Assembly: GCA_031835245.2 (NCBI GenBank)
Contig: JAVKOQ020000041.1
Coordinates: 124,001-188,000 of the forward strand
DNA: 64,000 nucleotides
Origin: Balamuthia mandrillaris
Lineage: Eukaryota
Direction: 5' to 3'
Shown here: positions 12,535 to 23,669 of the stretch, in pieces
Numbering within the stretch: the first letter of the stretch is position 1
Layout: every line of letters begins with the position of its first letter
Notes under the pieces: model-generated
Databases searched by the model: none
The model's input: the letters and a program-made list of their open reading frames with translations, nothing else
Told to the model about the DNA's origin: nothing
Program-made: the position numbers and the translations under genes

Positions 12535-15500
12535 CATGTGCGACACAAGATTGAGCTATTAATTAAGGTTGTGGACTTAAATGTTGCGGATAAGAATGGA
12601 GAGAGGGCATTGGATGCGGTAATCAAAAAGGACTCTGCCAACTTTAATCTGGTGGAGCGACTGATCGACCTTGGAGTGGAGGTGAACGCCAAAGACAAGG
12701 CTCAAATGACAGCCCTTCACCATGCTGTCAACAAGAAGCTCATCGCAACGGCCACGTTGCTCATCCAAAAAGGAGCCGATGTCAACGCTGTCGATAAATA
12801 CGAGCGCAATTCCCTCCATTATGCTGTCGATGCTTCAACTGGTATTCTTTTCTCCTTCTCTATTTCCGTTCCTTGTATCTTGTTTTTCGTTTTATTTGTC
12901 TTTTCCTTGCTATGTTTAAATCGTTCGGTGTATTCTCGTGAACAGGTGGTGCTGATGCCTCCTTCGACATGGAGGAGCTTTTGTTGGAAGCTGGAGTCAA
13001 TCCCAACAAAGCAGACAAACTGGGCCGCACGCCCATGCACTATGCCTTCATCAAGTTTACCGATAACCACAACAACACGTCACGCATCGACCCCATCGAA
13101 ACCATTTCCAGCCTTTGTTCCCTAGAAGGAGTCGATATTGATCACACGGACAAGCACGGTCGGTCTCCGCTTCATTATGCCTCTCAGAGAGGAGCCACTA
13201 CTTGCTCGCTCTATCTCTTGCAGAGAGGAGCCAATTTGGAACGTTGTGATAGGTTTGTATTGTTTGTTTGCTTCTTTATTCATTAGCATTGTTTCTTCGT
13301 TGTCTTGACCTAATACATATTTAAAAAAAAAACAAAAGGGATAACAACACACCGTTATCGGTGGCAATGGCAAGCTCTCATCCGGATTACAGCATTATGC
13401 TTATCCAAAAAGAGGCTAATGTCAAGCATCCCATTCATTATGTAAACAGGGAGAAGTTGTTGGTACCAAAAGACGTCGACGTGACCTCCAAATCTCTCGA
13501 GGAATTAAGAGAACTGCACGAAGCAACCATGGCTAAGCTCGCGAAACAAAAGAGCGCTTATGGTACGCGTTCAGGAATTTTCGTTTTCTCTTCTTAATTC
13601 AAAGTTGTTCATTTTTGCTTGCTTTTTATTGTTGCAGATAACCCCGTAGAACATGAGAGTGAAGAGTCTGACGATAGTGAGGAAGAGGATTACTCTGAAG
13701 ATGAGGAAGACGACGACGACGAAGAAGAAGAAGAAGGTAGTCAAGGCCAAGAGGATGCCATGTCCATCGTTTCAGCTGTTGCTGACCAGGACGAAGGCAC
13801 GTGGTGGCAACAGATCGAAGTAGAAACCTCCAGAACTGTTACATCTATGTTCTACAAAGCTGTTGTTGCTGGTATCGTTCTCGCTATCTCTATCTATTTC
13901 CTCTCTCCGTCCCCATGCTTTCTCCCTCATTTCTCTGCTTGCTCTCTCGTTTTCTCTGCTTCCCGCCCTCTCTTCCTTGAATACTTATTTCCTCATATCC
14001 TCGTTTTAGAATGGCAAGGAGTAGCCTACATGATGTTAGACGCTGGCTTTGACAAACTCGAAGCCCTCAACGACGCTATCAAAGCCGGCAAACTTCAGCT
14101 ATGCCTCACCCTGCTTGCCAAGATGCGAGACAACAAGATCGTTCAACAGAGCAACCCGGAAACTCATCGCAATCTCATCCACTCCATAGCCATCCACTGT
14201 AGCACATTGGATCAATGGGCAAGCCGTCTCCTGGACAAACTGTTACAACGCGGCGTGGATCCTAATCTCAAGGATGCCCACGGACGTTATCCTCTGCATT
14301 ACGCCTGTAGCAATCACAACGTCGACCTTGCGACTCATCTGTTGAGAGCGGCGGAGACGAAGGAAAAGAAAGAATCCATCACTTGCGCTTTGGACGAGGA
14401 CAATAACACCCCGCTCATCATGGCTTTGCGCGGACATGGAACGCAACCCACGCCTCCTCCTTTCCGTTTAGGTGGAGATTCCTCGTCATACTCGTCACAT
14501 TCCAGTTATGTGCAGTCGGCTTCGTTACGACTGGCAGTGTTGTTGTTGGCTAACAACGCGGATCCCAACGCTCCGTACGTGGAAAAAGATTATCTTCCTA
14601 GAAACGAGTCTAAGCACGATAAAACGAAAGGCACCGCATCTGCTTCTTCGTCTACTTCCACCAAAGGAAAGGGGAAAGAAAAACAAGGACCCAACGACAA
14701 GAAACAAAAGGACGAAGCGGCTCGCCGCAGGGAAGAGAGAGAAGCACAAGCTCACACCACGTTGCTCATTCACGCCGTCCGAAAGAGGGACTTCCGCCTA
14801 ATCCAAGAATTGATCAATCACGGTGCCTCTCTTGCCGGTCAGGATGGCAAAGGCTTCACCGCATTCATGTACTGCGTGCAACGCAACGACAAAGAAATGG
14901 TGGACTACCTCCTGCAACTCGCTCAAAGGCAGCAATCTTCACCAAGTAGATCTGCTGTTGCTAGCGGTGCTTCTCCCGTTCGCTCGTTCCTGGGCAAAGT
15001 GGTTCGGACATTATCCAGCTCTCAGTTGGATGCGTCTTCCGATTTACTGGGTCTTAATGTGCAAGACAAGGAGGGCAAGACCGTCATTCATCATGTGGTC
15101 AGGCCTTTGGAATGGGGCTCTTATGAGAACACAGGCCTACTCCTTGATTTGGTTAAGGCTGGTGCTAATCCTGATATTGCTGATAACTATGGTAAAACTA
15201 TCTTTCTTTTTCTCCTCCCTTGTACTATGTTTACTGTCCCGCTCCCTGCGCTTTTCTTGTACTATGTTTACTGTTCCGCTCTCTGTGCTTTTCTTTCCTC
15301 TTTTTTTCTATTTCTCACTCGGGACTAACCAAAAATCAAAGGAAACACACCCGCATACTATGCTGCTCTGCAAAGTTCGGGTAAGATGTTGCGAGCGCTG
15401 GTCGATAAGTGCAAAGTTAAGACCGGCTTTGGGGACGAGCGGCCCAAACCTGTTCGCCAAGACTCCTTCCTGCCGGTGACTCAATGGGCTAAAGCCAAAG

Positions 15501-17965
15501 TCAACTTTGAGCAGGACGCAGAGACGCTAGTTAACAGGCTTCTCACAATCGACAACGAGAAACAAAAGGTAAAGCAAGAACAGGAGAAAGCTAAGGAAAA
15601 AGAGAAAGAGGAAGAAGAGGAAGAAGATGAAGAAGAAGAAGAAGAACCAAAAGCCAAACGAGGAAAAGGCAAAAGTACAGCTGCCAGCGCAAAGCAGGAC
15701 AAAGGGAAGGAGAAGGATATAACAACCGACATGGATGTTGTCTCTGACGACGGCACAAAACTTACTCTTCAAGAACGTGAGAAGCTCAAGTCTAAAGCCT
15801 CTGAACAGGTTCTCTCTCCCTTATTTCCTCCATTATTTGTTACTTTACTTATTACTTTTTTGCTCTTTTTGAAAGGCTCTTCAACGCCAAACACCAGTTG
15901 TCGATCACGAGTTTGAGCTTTGGCGCAACAGCAAAGTTTACATCAAGAACGAGGGAGTTGCCGGCAAAGAAGTCATCTATGACGTTATCCTCACTAAAGT
16001 TGACGTGGCCAAAGGGCTCTACGGTCAAAACGCGTTCTACAAGATGCAAGTCATTCACAACTTGGTCAAAGACATCTTCATTCTCTGGAATAAGTACGTT
16101 TTCTTCTTCTTCCGTTCTGTCTGTCTTCTTACAAACTCTCAAACAGATGGGGACGCATTGGCGAATCGGGACAAATGCAACAAACTCCATTCCCATCCGC
16201 AGCAGACGCCTGCACTGAATTTGAAAAGATCTTCAAGGCCAAGACTGGTAACTTGTGGGAAAACCGAGATGACTTTGAGAAGATGCCCAAGAAGTTGGTT
16301 CCCTCCATTTTTTCTTTCTTGTTTCAAAACAAATGAATCTAATAACTTTTAAAACAGATATTGGCTTGTTCCCATCGACCGAACTCTTCGCAACGTGAAG
16401 CACTTCTTGAAGCCCTTCACAGCATTGCCGGACTATCCCGATGCAATCTACGACCAACACTTTAGCGAAGCCACTTTTCTTAAGGAACAACGAGCCAAAG
16501 GCAAATTCCACAACAATAAAGTCTACGCTCCCTCCCAACTCGTTCTGCCCCTGCAAGCCACTATCAAGTCCATTGCCAACGTCACGATGTTGACGCAAGC
16601 CATGAAGCAATCCGGAGTGGACACCAACCTCTTACCCTTCGGTCAGCTGAAGAAGAAGACGTTGGAGGAGGCCAAAGACATCCTGCAAGAAATCTATGAG
16701 ATCATAAAGAAGAAAGAGGAGGAGCGCTCCAGCGGCAAGTTGGAAGTGGCGGAGCTTATGGAGTACTTGCAGAACATTGCAGAGCTGAGCAACAAATTCT
16801 ACGAGCTCATCCCGCATACTAACTTTGCTGCTGAGAAAATGGACAGCATTGACACCGAACAGAAAGTTGGCAAAAAGGTTCGCTTTCTTTTTCTCTCTAA
16901 CATCTCTTCTATCTTCTCATTTCATATCTTCTTTCTGTCTTATCTTTCTCTTCATCGTGCTCTTCTCTTCATCGCTCTCTTTGTCGTTCTCTTCTTTCCA
17001 TGCCTCAGTTGGAAATGCTGCAATCACTGGGCGAGTTGGAGATAGCCAGCAAAATATTGTTGGGTGCTCGGCTTCGCATGAAGGAAATGAACCCGTTGGA
17101 CTACTGCTACCATGCCTTGGGCGTTCAATTGGAGCCTATCTCCAAGGACTCGGCTGAGTTTGCCACTTTGTTCCGTTACATTAAGCATGGCTCTCGTGGT
17201 GCCACCTCTAGCGGCCTTGAGGTTACTTGCTACTCTCTCTTCCGCTCCTCTTTCCTTTTATTTTGTTGACCAATGTAAACAGGTGCAATGCATCTACGAC
17301 CTGCAACGCAAAGGAGAGGCGGAGCGCTTCGCTCCCTGGCGCGACAACCCCAACCGCAAGCTCCTCTGGCACGGCTCCTCCCTCTCCAACTTCATAGGCA
17401 TCCTACAGCAAGGCCTGCGCATCGCCCCTCCTGAGGCACCCGTCAGCGGGTACGCTTTCGGCAAGGGCGTGTACTTTGCCGACATGTTCGCCAAGAGCTT
17501 TGGCTACTGCCGCAATTTCGATGGCGGCAAATCGCCCGCCCTTTTGTTGCTGTGCGAGGTGGCCCTGGGGAGGGTCCACGAGATGAGAACGGGCGGCTTT
17601 GAGGACAGTCGTGCTCCTGGCACCGACAGCACCAAAGGTAATATACCTTGTTGTTGTCCAGTTTGTTGCTTCTTTTTATATTCAATAACCAACAAACACA
17701 AAAAACAATAGGATTGGGAAGAGAAGGACCGGACCCGAAGGAGGATATCATTCTGGACAACGGAACGACGTTGCCAGCAGGCAAAATCATTCAATACCGT
17801 GCGCCAGACACGGCCACTCCGCAGGAGAAGCAGTGGGGCAACTACTACTCGCTCGCGCACAACGAGTACATCGTCTACGACGTATCGCAGGTTCGCATGC
17901 GGTACCTCGTGCAGGTCAGGCAAGACGGCGGGGCTGGCAGAAGAAGGCACAGACTCCAAAAGTGA
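7476..17965 (+). CDS. Very large ankyrin-repeat / WGR / PARP-regulatory / PARP-catalytic poly(ADP-ribose) polymerase (tankyrase-like, nematode PME-5-type architecture), many exons
   Basis: Numerous ankyrin repeats (9.8-15.3 kb); WGR domain (FYKMQVIH...WNK/WGRIG...FEKIFKAKTGN); regulatory domain (LPFGQL, LSNKFYELIPH); catalytic LWHGS, GYAFGKGVYFAD, LLCEVALG and HNEYIVYD. Confidence 0.93.
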
Positions 17966-18197
17966 AAGAGCGCGAAGCAAAAAACAAACGTCTGCTTTAT
18001 TCATGACGACATGAAAATAACCTCAAGGACGTCATGAGATGTTCCGTGACGTGTGTTTAATATCATATATGGTAATGTTTAAACTCCAGTAAAACGATGG
18101 ACCAAATAAGGGTAATTTCATTTGTTCTAAATTTTATTGGTAACACAAAAAAAAAATAAATTCGTAAGATTTTGCTTTCGCAAAGCAAGAGGAAAGG

Positions 18198-20199
18198 ATG
18201 GAAGCGGAGGAGAGAGCGGCGCAAGAGGCGCGCGCCACTCGAGAGGGGGGAAAGGGCGACGAGAGGTCGGAGGCAGGAGAAGCGGACGAGGGGCAACATG
18301 ATGATGAAGAAGAGGACGACATGATCGTGCGCGACGATGTGACGGATGCCACTCCGCCCTGGTTCGGCCCTTCCTCGTCTGAGTCCACTGGCGCGAACGG
18401 CTCTGACGGAGGAACAAGCAGTGAAGCCCCTAGGGTATGATGATTCTCCTCTTTTTTTTTCGTTTGTTTGAGCCGATTTGCTACTCTTTTTTTTTTTTCG
18501 GGTGTTACTAATTCTATTCATCCACTTTTTTAAAAATCTCTTTTTTAAATTGTTGTTGCGTACATTTTCTTTGCCGCCATGAAACTACAAACAGGTGCGG
18601 TCATTTGCGCGGCTCAGAGCGGACTCGCTGGACATACTAGCACGCTCACAGAGCAACAACAATGCCCACCAAGCCAACAAACCAGAGGAAGCAGCCAAAG
18701 AAACAACCAGCGAAGGCAGCGACTCCACAGCAACGACGGGAGGAAGAACGAGCAACTTGAGAGGATGGGCAAAGCATAGAGCCGTATCGCAGCGTTACAA
18801 TACGCTGGAGTATTTGGCCAAGAAATATGCTGCCATCAAACAAGAGACGGAAAGTGGTCAGCCACAGCAGCAACAAGGAGAAACGAACGAGAATGCAAAG
18901 GAAGAGACGGAGGAGGAGAGGAGAAGAATACTGCGACTTCAAGGCCGGTATAGCAACGACAAAGAGAATGAAGATGAAACAGGAGATGAGAATGATGAGG
19001 ATGAAGAAGAGGGGGATGAAGAGACAAGTGCAGAGGCGAAACTACAAAAGAAGAGAGAGAAACGAGCCAAGTATCGAGCCAGGTTAAAGGAAAAGAGACG
19101 AGCTTCCAAATACGGGATTGAAATGGAAGAAAAGCAGCAGCAACAAAGTAAACTGAGCGAAGAAGACAAACAAAACCAGGAAAGCAGAATGAGGAAGAAA
19201 GAACGAAAAGATGTGAGACGGATGGAAGAAGCCGCAGCCCAAGCTGCACAAAACTTGGCTGCTAGACTAGAAAGGTTAAAAAAGGATAGACCCAAAAAGA
19301 CAGAAGCCAACCAAAACGAAAATGATGACGATGATGATGAAGATGAAGAAGAAGAAGAGAACATGTTTTCTGGAGCAACAACAGAGGCTGGAATGCGTCA
19401 ACGGAAAGAGCAATTGCTGACCGTAGTGATACCTTCTGAAGAAAAGCTGTATTTTAAATTGAAGGACGACACAACCGATTCGAGTTGTGATGAGTTGAGA
19501 AGCTGCATTCGCTCGTTAGAACTGTTGATGCGGATGAGAACTTCTTTGATGGACGCAGAAAGTCTCAGCGCAGGTTTAGGCGTTCGTTGTCTCTCTTCCT
19601 GTTCTTCTCGCGAACCGTCGCTCGTGTTTTTGGAGCTACCAAACGAAGGCGAAGGCAAGAACGAGATAGATTTGCTACGATACGTTTTGAAGGAGGAAGA
19701 AGAGAAAAGAACAAGAACTACGCAACCACAACAACAAAAACAGCAAACTCTCCCCGTCTCCGTTGAAGTGAACGACTCGATTTGCACTTTGGAGAGCTAT
19801 CAAGACTACTGGAAGCAACAAAGAGAGAAATTAAAGGTAGAGGAAGAAGCAGAGAACCGCAAGAACCAACAACCTGCCAATGACCGTGAAGCAAGACACA
19901 ACAAATGGGTCAAACAAAGGCTAGACGCACTGCGAAGCACAACCGATAGAGTCTGGGATCTCTCCATCGAGTTGAGTTGGCTGCTTGTACAAAGATATGT
20001 AAAGGAGGAAGCACGTTTGGTCACTGTGAAGACGACGAGTGATGACGTGAAGCGACTGTTATTGGCCAAAGCAAAAGTGGAAGAAGAAGCACAAGAAGAG
20101 AGCGAAGCGAAGAAGAAGGAAGGAACAACGACGACGATAACTTCGAGATGGATTGGCTACTTGTTGCAACATCGCTCATCGTCAGGAGTTGCTAAATAA
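18198..20199 (+). CDS. Hypothetical highly charged / coiled-coil protein, 2 exons (intron 18435-18594)
   Basis: Long open frame 18595-20199 joined in phase 0 to exon 18198-18434; E/K/R-rich; no family recognised. Confidence 0.7.
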
Positions 20200-20247
20200 T
20201 AACAACTGTGTTTTTTAAAAAAACTAAAACCCAGAAGAGATAGAAGC

Positions 20248-21718
20248 TCAAGCTCGAACGTAGCTCCTGCCATCGGCACTAATGCCAAGCCCATCAGCTT
20301 GCATGTACTCAACGCCAACAGTGATAAGCCGAAAGGCTGGCAGCGCGTTGGAGCTTCTTCCCACGCCGTGAAACAAAGTCGGCCAGGAGAGGCACAAGGG
20401 CTTCTTTCCAAAGTCCCAAGACTTGCCCTCCAAAGCCCTTTGCCAGTCCGCGTGCATCTTGGCCAACAGCTTGGGGGGCATGAAGAACTCCGCGTGGATC
20501 CGAACAAACAGATCCTTGGCGTCCAGTTCTTCCGGACGTTCCAGCAGTCCCTCCTTTTGCTCCTCGGTGAGGTCGGTCAGCTCCACAAAGCTCTCGTCCT
20601 CCCCGTTTGCCTCCTTGGTGACTTTGAAGAAGATCCTGTGGAGGTCGAAGGTGGCTGTTTCAGAGGTCACCACAGCGCCATCCTTGTGATGGGCCTGGAA
20701 GGTCGCGCAACAAGGGTCGCTGTCGGACTCGGCTGTGATGAGGGTGCCCAGCGGTACTTCTGGTTTGTCAAAGGCCTGCTCCAACGTTTGCAGCAGAGAC
20801 TGCATCCAATGCGGACCCAACACCTACAAACAAAGGAGAAAAATGAGTGCTAGCCATGGGTGGAATGAAGCAGGGGCAGCTGAAAAGCAGGAAAGCAAGT
20901 GAAAGCATTACCACGTCCACCGCCTCTCCCTCCTCTCGAAACTCGAACCCCATCAAGAGACCATCGATGCTCTTGTTGACCGGAGTTTTCAGTCTGAGCT
21001 CCTCGATGCGGGAGGCAAAGGGCTCGTCCTTGGCGTAGTGGGGCCTGGACGTCGAGGAGAGGAAGAGCGGGTTGTCCTCAGAGATAATCTCGCTGACGCC
21101 AGAGCTGGCGGAGCTGCTGACAGCTAGGTACTCCCTTGGACGAAGCGGATGAAGCAGCAGGAAGCGCTGAGGCCAGCGGTCGTCGTCGTAGAAAGGTGCC
21201 TTGTCCTCCTCGTCCTCCTGCTCGTTCTCCCTCCCTCCAAAGGGCAGCAAACCATGCAACACGTGCCTTTCCGCAAGGATGAGCGCCTCCTCCAGGCCTT
21301 GTTCTTTGTGCTCATCCGCCCAGGGCCATCTATTTATGAACTGCACGGTGTGGTAAGGACCGAACCTCGTTCCACCAGCCATCATCATGTGCAGCACACC
21401 AAGGTTGGCATGCGCGGCCTCAAGGACCCGTTGGTGTTGCGGCTCATCCACTGGCACGCGAAGCACAAGCTCAACGCCATAGAAATGGCCGCAGCCAAAG
21501 GTGACCAAGCAACGGTGTGGAGGCACAGCGAAGCCCGCTCGAGCAGAGAGAGCGTCCAGGGTTGGCTTGTCCTTCAGGTCCACGACGAACAAACACAGCT
21601 CCTGGCCCACGCTCTCGGCCACATCGCCCAAGGGCACGTGTAACGCATCGGCGAGACGTTGTTTGAACCGCAAGCGAGAAGTAGCGTCCGTGGCCTGCTT
21701 GGCCTTTGTGTTGCCCAT
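20248..21718 (-). CDS. Hypothetical protein, 2 exons (intron about 20824-20911), possible N-myristoylation (MGNTKAK)
   Basis: Two long GC-rich ORFs joined in frame by a gtaatg...ttgtag intron. Confidence 0.75.
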
Positions 21719-22116
21719 GTTGTTGCACTTCTGACTTGTGCGCTTGGTGGCCCGCTCAGCAACAACGTGAACTCATTAAAATCTCCTCGGGCCTCCTTCC
21801 CTCTGCCCTAGCCGTTTAATTTGCCTCCCTCCTGTGGTTTGTCTGTCCATGCTTGGAGGCTCCGACGCAACGGACAAGGATGCTCGTTCCGGCAGCACTC
21901 CCAGTTCCGTGGAGCAGCACCTCCACCAGCCAGGTTCTGCTCCTTGTCGGGGAGTTTGTTTAGCGTCCGCCGACCACCTGCAACAGCTCCGTCTAAAAAC
22001 AAGGTCTGAGGCAAACAGAGTGAACGGGACAGACGCCCCAACCTGGTGATACTATCCACCAGGTTTGTCGTGGTGTTTGGAACCGTACACCAAGGGAGGC
22101 AACGAATACCAAGCGT

Positions 22117-22230
22117 TGATGGTCTTTACGTGCATTCATCGCACGGCCTGATGGTCTTTGTGCCCCTTCATTCATCGAACGGCCTGATGGTCTTTACGCT
22201 TCTTTCCTCGAACGGGCGTGAGGGTCTTTA
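22117..22230. repeat. Degenerate tandem repeat, 4 copies of a TGATGGTCTTT core spaced 32-36 bp apart
   Basis: tgatggtctttacg...cggcc / tgatggtctttgtg...cggcc / tgatggtctttacg...cgggcg / tgagggtcttta. Confidence 0.8.
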
Positions 22231-22395
22231 TATTTCCATTTTCCCAACCCCCTGCAACCCAATCTGAGCCCTTTCGGTGAAGTGCTTTAAACCGCATAAA
22301 AAAAAGAAGAAGCTTCAACCTCAAACTTGTTCGTTTGTTTTGCAAAAAACAAAAACACACAACAAGAACACGGCTGTAAAACATTCACACGGAAA

Positions 22396-23619
22396 ATGCA
22401 AATCTACGTCAAGACCCTCACGGGAAAGACCATCACCGTTGAGGTAGAGTCCATGGACGACCTCTCCGAGGTCATGCAAAAGATACAGGACAAGGAGGGC
22501 ATCCCTCCCGACCAGCAACGCCTCATCTTTGCCGGCAGGCAGCTGGAAGTGGGGAGAACCCTGGCGGACTACAACATCCAGAAGGAGAGTACGCTGCATA
22601 TGGTTTTGCGACTTCGTGGTGGTCCTTCTACCTTTTGTTTCGCTGTGGTAAGTCTTCTTCGTTCTTTGTTCTTTTAACTTTGCTCTTGCTTATGTTTCTT
22701 TGAAAAAACAAGGGAGGAGCAAAAGACGGGATTAACTTTCGTCAAAACATTGAAAGGGACCTGTTGCCAAAGGCTGCTTCCCTCAGCTACGAAGGCCTCT
22801 TCTACGAGTACTTCTTTGACACGGGAGACATTGACGAGCTGGAAACCAAAGCAAGAGAGAGGAATGCCCTTTTCTATCCCTCCTACTCCTTTGCTTGCTC
22901 TCCTGGTGAGTGATACTTGTTCTGTTGACTCTTCTTCGACGCTTCATTGTGAAACTGTTATTGACCTTTGTTGTTGTGTGGTACCCCAGATCCTATCTCA
23001 GGAAAGCCAGAGTACTTTATGAGCGTTGGCCTTAACTCTACCATTGAGGAGGACAGTTTTCAGCGTCTTCCTCTCAACTTGGTTCTTGTTCTGGTAACTC
23101 TTTCTTTCTTGTTGTCTTTTGCTTGCCTCTCGTTTCTTTCTTGTCCTTTCTTGTCGCTTCTTTCTTGTCGTTTATTTCTTTCTTATCGTTGCTTATCGTT
23201 TCTTACTTTCTTTCTCACCATTTATCTACCAAAAGGATATCTCTGGTTCAATGAGCTGTGCATTTGGAGACGGAGGGCTAGGCAAATTAGAAGTGGCCAA
23301 GACGGCCATCATCTCATTGCTTGGCCACCTCAAGGAGAACGACCGCGTGGGCATCGTGTTGTTCGATACCGTTGCGGAGCACCTCCTCCCTCTCACAAAG
23401 TTTAAGGACATCGACATGGACAAGCTGAAGCGCCAACTGCTAGATGTTCACCCTAGAGGAGGAACGAGTATGGAGGTGGGATATAGGGCCGCCACGAAGG
23501 AGCTGCTGCAACTGGGCAAGTTGAACATTGAAGAGAGTGAGAACAGGATCATCTTCTTGACGGACGACCAGCCCAACGCAGGTACCTATCACCCTTGTTT
23601 ATTCTTCCCTATTTCCTCT

Positions 23620-23669
<50 letters not shown>

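Noticed and set aside
18595..20199. Possible transposon ORF (long, nearly intronless)
   Set aside because: No transposase, RT or integrase motifs, terminal repeats or target-site duplications seen
21808..22059. Short GC-rich ORFs between the divergent genes
   Set aside because: No recognisable motif or ATG-supported model; possibly a decayed remnant
22117..22230. Possible mini-CRISPR array
   Set aside because: The core is only 11 bp, the spacers resemble each other, no cas genes are present and the context is eukaryotic
22327..22677. Stand-alone ubiquitin gene with a short tail
   Set aside because: A strong gtaagt donor at 22648 and in-frame continuation of the VWA-family motif FAV/GGAKD favour the fusion
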